DNA from: Deferribacterales bacterium
GTDB lineage: Bacteria; Chrysiogenota; Deferribacteres; Deferribacterales; Geovibrionaceae
Length of the DNA: 64,000 bases
Assembly: GCA_050253075.1 (NCBI GenBank)
Contig: JBFWJS010000004.1
Location: forward strand, 160,001-224,000
Reading direction: 5' to 3'
The notes beneath the pieces are model-generated. The model was not told where the DNA came from, searched no databases, and saw only the letters and a program-made list of their open reading frames with translations. Both the position numbers and the translations under genes were made by a program. Positions 51,690 to 61,636 of this stretch are shown one piece after another (position 1 is the stretch's first letter; the number at the start of each line of letters is the position of its first letter).

Positions 51690-52478
51690 TTACCTCTTAA
51701 GGTTATTAACTATCTGGAGCATCTCGTCACCTGTCTGCACAGCCTTAGAGTTTATCTCATAGGCACGCTGTCCGGTGATCATGTTTACCATTTCATCTAC
51801 CACACTGACGTTAGACATTTCAAGTATGTTTTGCGCAATGGAGCCGTATCCGTCTGCATCAGGCACGCCTGTCACAGGCTCACCGCTTGATCCGGTAGGG
51901 AGGAAGAGGTTCTTACCTATCGCCTTCAGACCCGCAGGGTTGATGAATCTAGCCAGCTCTATCTGACCAATCTCCTGAGCTTCTTCCTGACCGGGGAGTG
52001 TCACGCTTATGGTACCGTCCTCACCGAATGCGATGTCTGTGGCATCCTCCGGCACGGTCACCGCAGGCTCGAGGTAATATCCGTTTGAGTTAACGAGGTT
52101 ACCGTCTGCATCTGTTTTAAGAGAACCGTTTCTGGTGTATGCGATGTCACCGTTCGGCATGGTGAACTGAAAGTATCCGTCACCTTCCACGGCGATATCG
52201 AGGCTGACGCCTGTATACTGGAACGAACCCTGTGTGTGTACCTTCTCAATAGCAGAGACCTTCGAACCGAGACCGACCTGTATGCCTGTCGGGTGTGTCA
52301 TGCCTGCTGCCGATATTGCACCGGCGGGTTTAATCTCCTGATAGATCAGGTCTTCGAAATGCGCACGGCTCTTTTTGTATCCGATGTTATTTACGTTCGC
52401 AAGGTTGTTCGCGATTGTATCAATGTTTGTCTGCTGTGTTGTCATGCCGGTGGCGGCTGTCCATAATGTTCTGAACAT
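51690..52478 (-). CDS. flgG: Flagellar distal rod protein FlgG
   Basis: ANNLANVN..GYKK, YTRNG, EMSNV..V.EMV..I..QRAYE. Confidence 0.96.
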   Translation of the reverse strand: MFRTLWTAATGMTTQQTNIDTIANNLANVNNIGYKKSRAHFEDLIYQEIKPAGAISAAGMTHPTGIQVGLGSKVSAIEKVHTQGSFQYTGVSLDIAVEGDGYFQFTMPNGDIAYTRNGSLKTDADGNLVNSNGYYLEPAVTVPEDATDIAFGEDGTISVTLPGQEEAQEIGQIELARFINPAGLKAIGKNLFLPTGSSGEPVTGVPDADGYGSIAQNILEMSNVSVVDEMVNMITGQRAYEINSKAVQTGDEMLQIVNNLKR

Positions 52479-52489
52479 TACTTCACTCC

Positions 52490-53248
52490 TTAGCTGACTT
52501 TGCCGACTTCAGTAGCGGCTTTGCTGTTCAGCTCGTCAAATGTCTGTATTATCTTTGAATATGTCTCAAAGCCTCTGGAGGCTTCTATCATTTTTACCAT
52601 CTCATCCACGGGGTTCACATTGCTCCCCTCGAGGTATCCTGTATACAGTCCGGGGTTCTCCGCCGCTTCGGGGAGAGCGTCCACGGCCACGTAAAGGTTG
52701 TGTCCTGTTTTCTGCAGATTAGCCGTATCGGGGAACTGCACTATCTCTATGTTGTTCACGGGGGCACCGTTCACAAGCATTGTGCCGTCCTCTGTGATCG
52801 TTGCTCCTTCCACCATCTGCACAGGCTGCATGGAGTCCATGTTGCTAACTACTTTATATCCTTCCATTGTGGTCAGCTCATTCTGATCATTAACCGTGAA
52901 TTCGCCGTTTCTGGTGAACCTGATGCCGAACGGAGTATCCACGGCAAAGAATGCGTTAGGATTTGTCAGAGCCATATCCATGTCGTTTGCTGTTTCTTTC
53001 AGGTAACCCTGCTCAAAGCTCGTCTTTATATCGTAAAGCCTTACGGTGGAGTTTATCATCTGGTTATAGTCGCTGTTACGGATCACATCATCAGGAGTCT
53101 CCGATGCATTCGCTATATATTCCGCAAATACGGGAACCTCTTTCTTATGCCCGATGGTGTTCAGGTTTGCGAGGTTCTGTGATATGACATCCAGTCTCTT
53201 CTGCTGCATTGCCATACCGCTTGTTGCAGTGTACAGTCCGTTTATCAT
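52490..53248 (-). CDS. flgF: Flagellar rod protein FlgF
   Basis: NLANLNT.GHK, FTRNGEF, LEGSNVN.V.EM; upstream of flgG. Confidence 0.88.
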   Translation of the reverse strand: MINGLYTATSGMAMQQKRLDVISQNLANLNTIGHKKEVPVFAEYIANASETPDDVIRNSDYNQMINSTVRLYDIKTSFEQGYLKETANDMDMALTNPNAFFAVDTPFGIRFTRNGEFTVNDQNELTTMEGYKVVSNMDSMQPVQMVEGATITEDGTMLVNGAPVNNIEIVQFPDTANLQKTGHNLYVAVDALPEAAENPGLYTGYLEGSNVNPVDEMVKMIEASRGFETYSKIIQTFDELNSKAATEVGKVS

Positions 53249-53249
53249 C

Positions 53250-53984
53250 TTATTTCTCCTTGTATTCAGCTAACTTCTTTTTCGCATAGGCGGTGAGGAA
53301 GCCCTCTTCGCCGTGCACCTTAGGCAGACCGTCAGCCATGATCTTTGTCAGCCCTTTCATAGTGAGCTGATCGACGGGTCTTGCTTTCTTGGTCTCGTAG
53401 TACCAGAAGTTTCTGTCCGATTTGCTCTCCACCCTGATATCGGCGAGGAATATCGGCAGGTCGAATTTATCCATTATGCTTAATGAAACCGTTGAGTAGT
53501 TTGTTCCGTAGAACTTGCTCAGGGATTCATTTATATTCGTAACAACTATGTATTCGGCGTCCCTTGCGTCTGTGACGGGGAGCCCGTATTTGGCAACAGT
53601 CAGATAGTTTCTGATCATACTGCCCATCTCTTCGTCGTATTCATATGTTTCGCCGTTTGATACTTTCGGCGGGATGACAAAGAAAAAACTTCCGGGCTTA
53701 AGCTTCTTAAGCACCTGTACATCGTAGGAGGTTATTTTCTCTTTCGTCTTGTCTATTACCAATGAAGAAATATTAGAGTTGATCTCCAAAGCTATGAGGA
53801 AATATGTGTATCCATAAGACGGATTTATCAGCTTTGAAAATCCCTGCTGGCCGAGCAGTACTTTGTCGTCTATGAATGTCTCGACCTTATCGGGGGTGAC
53901 GGATTCATAAGCACCTGTCACAGCCTTCGTCACGCATCCCTGCAAAAAAACCATAATTAATAGAAAGGGAAATAATTTCTTCAT
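53250..53984 (-). CDS. Hypothetical lipoprotein heading the flagellar operon
   Basis: Lipobox LQGC; AGGAG RBS; abuts flgF. Confidence 0.8.
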   Translation of the reverse strand: MKKLFPFLLIMVFLQGCVTKAVTGAYESVTPDKVETFIDDKVLLGQQGFSKLINPSYGYTYFLIALEINSNISSLVIDKTKEKITSYDVQVLKKLKPGSFFFVIPPKVSNGETYEYDEEMGSMIRNYLTVAKYGLPVTDARDAEYIVVTNINESLSKFYGTNYSTVSLSIMDKFDLPIFLADIRVESKSDRNFWYYETKKARPVDQLTMKGLTKIMADGLPKVHGEEGFLTAYAKKKLAEYKEK

Positions 53985-54008
53985 AATTCACTCCTACGCC
54001 TCTTAACA

Positions 54009-54025
54009 AGCAACAGCCGTGCCAG
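54009..54025 (-). promoter_or_regulatory. Sigma54 promoter
   Basis: CTGGCACGGCTGTTGCT = consensus TGGCAC-N5-TTGC. Confidence 0.8.
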
Positions 54026-54100
54026 ATTACTTAAGATAATTTTTCTATCCTTAAAAAGACAGTCAGCAGAAATAATGCAGTCTGTATACAAACACAAAAC

Positions 54101-54121
54101 ACTTGCAAATGATTTGCAAGT
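54101..54121. promoter_or_regulatory. Zur/Fur-family operator overlapping the promoter
   Basis: Perfect palindrome ACTTGCAAAT-G-ATTTGCAAGT upstream of zur-znuA. Confidence 0.75.
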
Positions 54122-54137
54122 ATGTAATATTCTGATC

Positions 54138-54560
54138 ATGGAAAAATGTATAGCAACAGAGCTCTTAAAGAGCACAAATACCAAAACAACAGAGGCGAGA
54201 AGCAGGATCCTCGACCTGATACTGGACAGCAGATCACCGCAAACAGCAAATGATTTGCACAAACAGCTTTCAGACGATACATCCATAGACCTCGCCACAG
54301 TATACCGCTCCCTGAAGGTCTTTAACGAAAAGGGGCTGGTACGCACCATCCACATAGACGGCGACACCGCCTATTACGAAAAATCATGCAGACACAACCC
54401 GCTCCACGCACATTTCCACTGTGAGTCCTGCGGAGCTGTCGAGTGCCTTGACCCTTTCGGATTTGACGAAAGCAGTGCCTTCATACGCATGGCACAGGGG
54501 AAAGAGATATCAAAAGTAGAACTAGTAATAAAAGGGAGATGTTCCGAATGCGCATCATAA
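54138..54560 (+). CDS. zur: Fur-family regulator, probably Zur
   Basis: ATVYRSL, HAHFHCESCG, C-terminal CSEC; coupled to znuA. Confidence 0.8.
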   Translation: MEKCIATELLKSTNTKTTEARSRILDLILDSRSPQTANDLHKQLSDDTSIDLATVYRSLKVFNEKGLVRTIHIDGDTAYYEKSCRHNPLHAHFHCESCGAVECLDPFGFDESSAFIRMAQGKEISKVELVIKGRCSECAS

Positions 54561-55498
54561 TAATTATTTCCATGCTGCTCACAGCGGCAGTTTCATACGC
54601 AAAGCCGAATATATACGTAAGCATCCTGCCTCAGAAAACATTTGTGAAAGAGATAGCAGGCGACAGGGCAAACGTAAACGTTATGGTTATGCCGGGCGCC
54701 AGCCCTGCAACATATGAGCCGAAGCCGAAACAGATGGCTCAGCTTTCAGAGACAGACATATATTTCTCTATCGGAGTACCATTCGAGAGGGTCTGGCTGG
54801 ATAAATTCGCATCTATCAATAAGAATATGAAGATCGTCCACACTGATGAAGGCATAAAAAAACGCACGGTGGAAAAACACGTGCACCATGACGAAGAGGG
54901 CGAAGACCACGACGAACACGGCGAAGAGCAAGGTCATGACGACCATGATGACCACGACAAGCATGCAGAGCACGATGATCACGACCATGAAGGCGAGCAT
55001 GACGACCACGACGGGATAAAAGATCCCCACGTTTGGCTCGACCCTATCCTTGTAATCAAACAGGTAGAGATTATCACAGAAGAGCTGTGTAAAGCAGATA
55101 AAGACTCTTGCGGCTTTTACACAGAGAATAAGAATAAATTCATTCAAAATGCAGAGCTGCTCGATGCGGAGCTTCATAAGATATTCAAAGGGAAAGATGA
55201 TGTGCACTTTATGGTATTTCACCCTTCATGGGGCTACTTCGCCGACAGATACGGACTGCACCAGATACCCGTGGAGCTCGAAGGCAAGGAGCCGAAGCCC
55301 GCAGACCTGAAAAAGTTCGTAGACACTGTTAAAAAGCTGAAGCTGAACTCCATCTTCATACAGCCGCAGTTTTCAAAGAAAGCAGCAGAGCTCATCGCAG
55401 ATGAAACAGGCGCAAAGGTGATAGCCGTCGACCCTCTGGCTGAGGACTGGCACGACAACCTCGTCTATGCGGCAAAGCTCATAGCAGGAACCCTTTAG
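54548..55498 (+). CDS. znuA: Zinc ABC transporter substrate-binding protein with His/Asp-rich loop
   Basis: PATYEP, long HD/HE loop, DPHVWLDP, HPSWGYF. Confidence 0.88.
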   Translation: MRIIIIISMLLTAAVSYAKPNIYVSILPQKTFVKEIAGDRANVNVMVMPGASPATYEPKPKQMAQLSETDIYFSIGVPFERVWLDKFASINKNMKIVHTDEGIKKRTVEKHVHHDEEGEDHDEHGEEQGHDDHDDHDKHAEHDDHDHEGEHDDHDGIKDPHVWLDPILVIKQVEIITEELCKADKDSCGFYTENKNKFIQNAELLDAELHKIFKGKDDVHFMVFHPSWGYFADRYGLHQIPVELEGKEPKPADLKKFVDTVKKLKLNSIFIQPQFSKKAAELIADETGAKVIAVDPLAEDWHDNLVYAAKLIAGTL

Positions 55499-56439
55499 GA
55501 ATAAAAGTAAAATTTCTCTCCATTGTGTTCGGTGATCTTAAGATGTGATGCATCGAGAGCAGAGATGGTCTCTGCCACCTTCTGAACGTCAACGCCGAAC
55601 ACTCTGGAGATATCGCCCGCAGAGCATGGACGCATACTTATCAGCCTCTCCAGATGGCTCACTGTCAGCCCGCCCCCCGAAAGCTCTTTTATATAATTGC
55701 CCACAGGCTCTACATTTATCCCTTCAGATTTGAAATACAGCGCAGTGTCCAGCAGTGTTTTTTCGCTAACGGCCTTTGCCCTGCTGAATGCAGGCGGACG
55801 GTGTACTGTGTTCAGCTGAACCACGTCATACTTACATCTCTTTATCACAGACGCTATCTTCGTCAGCTCTTCCATGCTGTCGTTCATCCCCTCGCAAAGT
55901 AAAACCTCGATGAGCATCCTCCCCTGAAATCTATGGGAGAACTTAACCACGGCTTCGTTTATCGCCTCGATATCCAGCGACCTTTCCGGTGCGCACACTT
56001 TGCGGTACGCCTCTTCCGTTGCTGCATCTATGCTGGGCACCAGCACGTCCAGAGGCATAAGCTCGTCACACACGGCTTCATCCGTCAGCAGTGTGCTGTT
56101 GGTGAGGACTGCCACAGGGTGTCCGCTTATCTTCTTCACCTCTTTTATGATGTATCCGAGGTCAAGGTTCAGCGTGGGTTCACCCGCCCCTGTTATGGTG
56201 ACGATGTCCAGACCGTCCTTCAGGCTTGGATAGTTTTCTCTGAACTCTGCGATTATCTCGTCGGGGTTTTCAAACTTCTGCCTTTTGACAATACAGTCGG
56301 TCGTGCGCCCTACTTCGCAATAAACACAGTTCAGCGTGCATATTTTATGGGGAATAATATCTATGCCGAGAGACCTGCCCAGTCTGCGTGAGGGGACGGG
56401 TCCGAAAAGATATCTGTATCTGTCTGTATAAACACTCAT
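55495..56439 (-). CDS. Radical SAM protein
   Basis: FGPVPSRRLGRSLG, CTLNCVYC, GEPTL. Confidence 0.9.
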   Translation of the reverse strand: MSVYTDRYRYLFGPVPSRRLGRSLGIDIIPHKICTLNCVYCEVGRTTDCIVKRQKFENPDEIIAEFRENYPSLKDGLDIVTITGAGEPTLNLDLGYIIKEVKKISGHPVAVLTNSTLLTDEAVCDELMPLDVLVPSIDAATEEAYRKVCAPERSLDIEAINEAVVKFSHRFQGRMLIEVLLCEGMNDSMEELTKIASVIKRCKYDVVQLNTVHRPPAFSRAKAVSEKTLLDTALYFKSEGINVEPVGNYIKELSGGGLTVSHLERLISMRPCSAGDISRVFGVDVQKVAETISALDASHLKITEHNGEKFYFYS

Positions 56440-56682
56440 ATTTTATCTCCGAAACATAATAATAGCCCCAATAAATCAAAATGCAAGTGAGCGGAGCAGA
56501 CTATTTTTACAACCCCTTTCAGCAGTACATTTACTTGCGTCTTGTTAAAACATCTGTTTAAATAAGTATAAGAGCTATAGTTCAATAAAAAAGGTATGAA
56601 AATTGAACTAATGCTTAAGACGTTAAACGCCTAATTAACTCATACTTAAACGTATTACTCAGATACAACCGGAGGTTTTATA

Positions 56683-57777
56683 ATGAGCCTTAAAGACATT
56701 CTAAGGAGTTACGATGTCAGCAGAAGGGACTTCATGAAATACTGCACTGCCCTCAGTGCGACCCTTGCTCTTCCTCCTGCTCTAGCACCGCAGATAGCGG
56801 AAGCCCTCGAAAATGAAGACAACAGACCGCCTGTTATCTGGATGGAGTTCCAGAGCTGCTCGGGAGATTCCGAGTCTATACTCCGTTCCGGCAGGCCGAA
56901 GGTCGGCGACCTTATCCTCGATGTCATATCACTCGACTATATGGAAGTAGTGATGGCAGCGTCGGGACACCTCGCCGAAGAAGCGAAAGAAAACACGATG
57001 GAACACTATAAAGGCAAGTATCTGCTCATCATCGAAGGTGCGATACCTCTCGAGGACGACGGTGCCTGCTGCTGTGTCGCCGGAGACTCAGCCGTAAACC
57101 ATCTGAAAAAAGCTGCCGAAGGTGCCGCCGCTATCATAGCAGTGGGCAACTGCGCATGCTTTGGCGGTATACCTGCGGGTCATCCAAACCCTACGGGCGC
57201 CACAGGCGTGCAGAACATCATCAGCGGAAAGCCTATCATAAACCTGCCGGGCTGCCCGATGAACTGTGACAACCTCACAGCACTCATCGTGCATTACCTC
57301 GTTTTCGGCTCTCTCCCTGCTGTGGACAGACATCTCCGTCCGAAATTCGCATACGGAAAGCGCATCCACGACAACTGCGAACGCAGAGGTCACTTCGATG
57401 CGGGCCAGTATGTAGACAAATGGGGCGACGAAGGACACCGCAACGGCTGGTGTCTGTATAAAATGGGCTGTAAAGGCCCCGAGACATTCCACAACTGTCC
57501 GACACTCCGCTTCAACGACGGTCTCAGCTGGCCTGTTATGGCAGGGCACGGATGCGTCGGCTGCGCAGAGCCGGGATTCATGGACACTATGGCTCCGTTC
57601 TACCGCAGGCTTCCTGCCGTACCGGGATTCGGCGTGGAATCCACCGCTACAAAGCTCGGCCTTAAAGTGCTCGGCATATCTGCGGCGGTATTCACTGCTC
57701 ACGGTATCATAAACATGTTCCGCAATAAGAATATAGTCAAAGAGGTCGAGAGCGAACATCTCGACAATAAGGAGTAG
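56683..57777 (+). CDS. Group 1 [NiFe] hydrogenase small subunit (Tat-exported, C-terminal anchor)
   Basis: SRRDFMK, CACFGG, PGCP, HDNCERR, CLYKMGCKGP, CVGC. Confidence 0.95.
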   Translation: MSLKDILRSYDVSRRDFMKYCTALSATLALPPALAPQIAEALENEDNRPPVIWMEFQSCSGDSESILRSGRPKVGDLILDVISLDYMEVVMAASGHLAEEAKENTMEHYKGKYLLIIEGAIPLEDDGACCCVAGDSAVNHLKKAAEGAAAIIAVGNCACFGGIPAGHPNPTGATGVQNIISGKPIINLPGCPMNCDNLTALIVHYLVFGSLPAVDRHLRPKFAYGKRIHDNCERRGHFDAGQYVDKWGDEGHRNGWCLYKMGCKGPETFHNCPTLRFNDGLSWPVMAGHGCVGCAEPGFMDTMAPFYRRLPAVPGFGVESTATKLGLKVLGISAAVFTAHGIINMFRNKNIVKEVESEHLDNKE

Positions 57778-57782
57778 TAAAC

Positions 57783-59483
57783 ATGGCTGAAAGGATAGTG
57801 GTAGACCCCATCACCAGAATAGAGGGGCATCTTAGAATAGAAGCCAAGGTTGAAAACGGAAAGATCGTGGACGCCTGGTCCAGCGGTACTATGTTCCGCG
57901 GTATCGAAAAGATACTGCAGGGGCGTGACCCGCGCGACGCATGGTATATCACACAGAGATTCTGCGGTGTCTGCACCACAGTACACTCCATTGCATCCAT
58001 ACGTGCCGTTGAAAACGCACTTGGCATAAAGATTCCGTATAATGCGGAACTCATCAGAAATATCATTATGGGCTCTCAGTATGTGCAGGACCACGTGATA
58101 CACTTTTATCACCTGCACGCACTCGACTGGGTGGACATCACATCCGCTCTGAAAGCAGACCCTAAAAAAACAGCAGCTCTCCAGCAGTCTATATCCGACT
58201 GGAAATACAGCTCCGAGGACTACTTCAGAGGTGTTCAGGAGCGCATAGCCGCATTCGCAAAAACAGGCCGTCTCGGACCTTTCGCAAATGCATACTGGGG
58301 ACACAGCGCATACAAACTGCCGCCTGAGGCAAACCTCATGGCGACAGCTCACTACCTTCAGGCTCTCGAGCTTCAGAAGGAGATAATAAAGATCCATGCC
58401 GTGCTCGGTTCTAAGAACCCGCACCCGCAGACATTCCTTGTGGGAGGTATGGCGATACCTATCGACCCGAACAGCCAGAACGCCATCAACGCTGACAAGA
58501 TAGCTATGATGCTGGAATACAACAAGCTCGCAAAAGAATTTGTCGAGCAGGTATACATTCCGGATGTTCTCGCTGTTGCGCCTTTCTACCTCGACTGGGC
58601 AGGCATAGGCGCAGGGCATAAGAACTATATGTCCTACGGCGAATTCCCTGAAACACAGAAGGGCTACCCTAATGATATGTGGCTCCCTTCAGGAATAATA
58701 AAGGGGGGAGACCTCTCAAACATTATCCCTGTGGATCAGTCGAAGATAGCCGAAGACTCCGCACACTCATGGTATGTGGATAAATCTGCGAAGCACCCCT
58801 ACGACGGCACATCGGACAAGAACTACACAGGGCCGAAGCCGCCGTATGACTATCTCGACGTAGATAAGGAATACACATTTGTCAAAGCTCCTCGCTATGA
58901 AGGCGAACCTATGGAAGTAGGCCCGCTGGCGAGGATGCTCGTCGCATACGCAAAAGGTCACCCAGAGGTGAAAGCTGTCGTGGATGCCGTGCTCGGTAAG
59001 CTGGGTGCAGGGCCGGAGGTTCTCTTCTCCACACTCGGACGTACAGCAGCCAGAGCCATCGAAACACTCGTGACAGTGAAGCGTGTGGATAAATGGATAA
59101 TGGATCTCGCCACAAATATAAAAGCGGGCGACTATCAGACCCACGCAGGCGAAAAGTGGGAACCTGCCGCATGGCCTGCCACAGCGAAAGGCTACGGCTG
59201 GCACGAAGCTCCTAGAGGCGCTCTCGGCCACTGGATAGTCATCGAAAACGGACAGATAAAGAACTATCAGGCTGTCGTGCCTTCCACATGGAACGCAGGT
59301 CCTATGGACAAAGGCGATGTACACGGCCCATACGAACAGTCACTTATCGGCACACCGATAGCAGACCCTGACAAGCCCCTTGAGATACTGCGTACCATAC
59401 ACTCATTCGACCCTTGTCTGGCCTGTGCTATACATCTCTACGATGAAAAGGATAATCTCCGCTCTAAAGTGAAGGTTCTCTAA
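57783..59483 (+). CDS. Group 1 [NiFe] hydrogenase large subunit
   Basis: RIEGH, QRFCGVC (L1), DPCLACAIH (L2) plus cleavable tail. Confidence 0.96.
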   Translation: MAERIVVDPITRIEGHLRIEAKVENGKIVDAWSSGTMFRGIEKILQGRDPRDAWYITQRFCGVCTTVHSIASIRAVENALGIKIPYNAELIRNIIMGSQYVQDHVIHFYHLHALDWVDITSALKADPKKTAALQQSISDWKYSSEDYFRGVQERIAAFAKTGRLGPFANAYWGHSAYKLPPEANLMATAHYLQALELQKEIIKIHAVLGSKNPHPQTFLVGGMAIPIDPNSQNAINADKIAMMLEYNKLAKEFVEQVYIPDVLAVAPFYLDWAGIGAGHKNYMSYGEFPETQKGYPNDMWLPSGIIKGGDLSNIIPVDQSKIAEDSAHSWYVDKSAKHPYDGTSDKNYTGPKPPYDYLDVDKEYTFVKAPRYEGEPMEVGPLARMLVAYAKGHPEVKAVVDAVLGKLGAGPEVLFSTLGRTAARAIETLVTVKRVDKWIMDLATNIKAGDYQTHAGEKWEPAAWPATAKGYGWHEAPRGALGHWIVIENGQIKNYQAVVPSTWNAGPMDKGDVHGPYEQSLIGTPIADPDKPLEILRTIHSFDPCLACAIHLYDEKDNLRSKVKVL

Positions 59484-59509
59484 CAAAAGCAACACACACT
59501 AATTAATTT

Positions 59510-59540
59510 AAAAGCCGGATGCTTTCTGTATCCGGCTTTT
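59510..59540 (+). terminator. Intrinsic terminator
   Basis: AAAAGCCGGAT...ATCCGGCTTTT. Confidence 0.75.
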
Positions 59541-59556
59541 ATTCTATAGGTAACAA

Positions 59557-60036
59557 ATGAATCTACTCGTACTCGGAATAGGAAACCTCGTGATGAATGA
59601 CGACGCTGCCGGTGTCCTTGCGGCACAGGAGCTCGCACCTAAATATAACAACAAACGTGAAGACCTCCTCGTTCTCGACGGAGGTACACTCGGGCTTGAT
59701 CTGCTAGGGTATATCGAATGGGCTGACAGGCTCGTCCTTGTGGATGCCGTGGAGCTCGACATGGAGCCAGGCACAGTGGTAAAGCTCGAAGGGGACGACA
59801 TAGACACCGCCTTCGAAAGCAAGCTGTCCGCACACCAGATGGGGATGAAGGATATGCTGCTCACCGCAGAGCTAATGGGGCACAGACCGCCCGAGATAGT
59901 CTTTTACGGCATACAGGCGGGGACGGTGCAGATGGAGATGGAGCTATCCGAAGCGGTAAAGGCAAACATGCCGAAGCTGATAAGCCATGTGGAAGCAGAG
60001 ATAAAAGACTTTTTAAATAACGCTGACAATTTGTAA
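59557..60036 (+). CDS. Hydrogenase maturation protease (HyaD/HybD family)
   Basis: LGIGN..MNDD..G, DGGTLG, VDAV, SAHQ. Confidence 0.93.
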   Translation: MNLLVLGIGNLVMNDDAAGVLAAQELAPKYNNKREDLLVLDGGTLGLDLLGYIEWADRLVLVDAVELDMEPGTVVKLEGDDIDTAFESKLSAHQMGMKDMLLTAELMGHRPPEIVFYGIQAGTVQMEMELSEAVKANMPKLISHVEAEIKDFLNNADNL

Positions 60037-60085
60037 AATAAATCTTCCTGTGTTATCCTGATTAAAAAATTTCGGGGTCTTTTCT

Positions 60086-61618
60086 ATGAAACAGTTAAAT
60101 ATCAAAGAAGCCTTCCAGTTAGCTATGCAGTATCACCAGAAGGGAAACTTGGAAAAAGCGGAATATCTTTATTCTGCCGTTCTGCAGTTAGACCCGAACA
60201 ATGCGGACGCTCTGCACTATATCGGCGTGATATACGCAGGTAAAGGCATGATAGAAGAGGCCATTGACCATATCAGAAGAGCTGTGGAATACGACAAGAC
60301 AAACGCCATATATCATAACAACCTCGGAGAGATATACCGACAGAGGGGGCTGATGGAGCACGCAGAGTTTCACCTCAGTGCAGCATGCGAGCTGAAGCCT
60401 GACTACTCTGACGCATTTTCAAACCTCGGTCTGGTATATAAAGAGAAAGGGCTCATAAACGATGCAAAATACTGCTTCGCCGAGGCGCTCGCCAAAGACC
60501 CGAGGAATGTGAACGCACTGATAAACACGGGTAACCTCTTTGTCACCGAAAAGAATTACGAAGACGCCGTGCAGTGCTACGAAGCAGCTATACAGCTCTC
60601 CCCCGATAATCCGAACGCACTCGCCAGTGCGGCATCATCTTACTATGAAATGGGCGAATATAACTCCTCAGCAAAATACTACAGCAGACTGGTGAACACT
60701 CACCCCGACCTGCACAGAGACAAGGTAAACCTTGCCCTGATAACACTGAGAAACAAAGACTTCCGCAAGGGATTACAGCTTTTCGAGGCTCGCTTCCACA
60801 CTGTCGACACCCTCGAAGGGGACAGAGACACGCTGTGGCGAGGCGTAAACATGAAAGGCAAAACCCTTTATGTATATAACGAAAAACAGGGGCTCTCAGG
60901 CTACGGCGATACTATAATGTTTGCCCGATACCTGACAGAGCTGGATAAATATGAACCTGCGAAGGTCGTCTTCCGTGTTCAGCCTGAGCTGGTCGACCTG
61001 TTAAAAGGCATGATGCCCGAATATGTCGAGGTCACATCAGAAGACTGTACAGAATTTGATGCGCACTGCCCTCTGCTCAGCCTCTTATTCGTGCTGAATG
61101 CCAGAGCAAAGACCATCCCGCTCGTTGACGGATATATAAAGGCAGACGAGTCTAAAATAGCATCATTTGCATCGATGATGGACACGCCGAAGACAAAGAT
61201 CGGGCTGGTTTTCCAGACGAGCAGATCCCACGTAAAGCATGAGGAACGCTCCATCCCGCAGGATGCCTTTACACCGCTGTACGGCAACGACACAATCCAG
61301 CTGTATTACATCAGTAAGGAAGAGCCCGACCAGCCTCTGCACGAAGGCATAACAGACCTGCGTGACAGCATAAACGATTTCTCCGACACTGCCGCCGTGA
61401 TAGCAAACCTCGACGTGGTTATCACAGCCGACACATCCGTTGCGCACCTCGCAGGGGCAATGGGTAAAAAGACAGTTCTACTGCTTAATCACCTCCACGA
61501 CTGGAGATGGTTCAGCGCCAAGACAGGCAAGGCGAGCGAGTGGTATTCCAGTGTCATTTTTCACATCAAAGAAAAGGGCTCCGACTGGCTTGATGTGGTA
61601 TCATCTATTAAGTTCTGA
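60086..61618 (+). CDS. TPR protein with C-terminal GT9-like glycosyltransferase domain
   Basis: Multiple TPRs; GYGDTIMFARY, DFSDTAAVIANLDVVITADTSVAHLAGAMG, WRW. Confidence 0.88.
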   Translation: MKQLNIKEAFQLAMQYHQKGNLEKAEYLYSAVLQLDPNNADALHYIGVIYAGKGMIEEAIDHIRRAVEYDKTNAIYHNNLGEIYRQRGLMEHAEFHLSAACELKPDYSDAFSNLGLVYKEKGLINDAKYCFAEALAKDPRNVNALINTGNLFVTEKNYEDAVQCYEAAIQLSPDNPNALASAASSYYEMGEYNSSAKYYSRLVNTHPDLHRDKVNLALITLRNKDFRKGLQLFEARFHTVDTLEGDRDTLWRGVNMKGKTLYVYNEKQGLSGYGDTIMFARYLTELDKYEPAKVVFRVQPELVDLLKGMMPEYVEVTSEDCTEFDAHCPLLSLLFVLNARAKTIPLVDGYIKADESKIASFASMMDTPKTKIGLVFQTSRSHVKHEERSIPQDAFTPLYGNDTIQLYYISKEEPDQPLHEGITDLRDSINDFSDTAAVIANLDVVITADTSVAHLAGAMGKKTVLLLNHLHDWRWFSAKTGKASEWYSSVIFHIKEKGSDWLDVVSSIKF

Positions 61619-61636
61619 CACCGACGGGAGGTTACT

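Noticed and set aside
54878..55012. Tandem DNA repeat in znuA
   Set aside because: Explained by the ordinary His/Asp-rich loop of zinc-binding proteins.
56594..56645. NikR box (GTATGA...TCATAC)
   Set aside because: The half-sites are about 40 bp apart, not the roughly 16 bp expected.
59408..59436. Selenocysteine ([NiFeSe]) hydrogenase
   Set aside because: The L2 motif uses TGT Cys codons, with no in-frame TGA.
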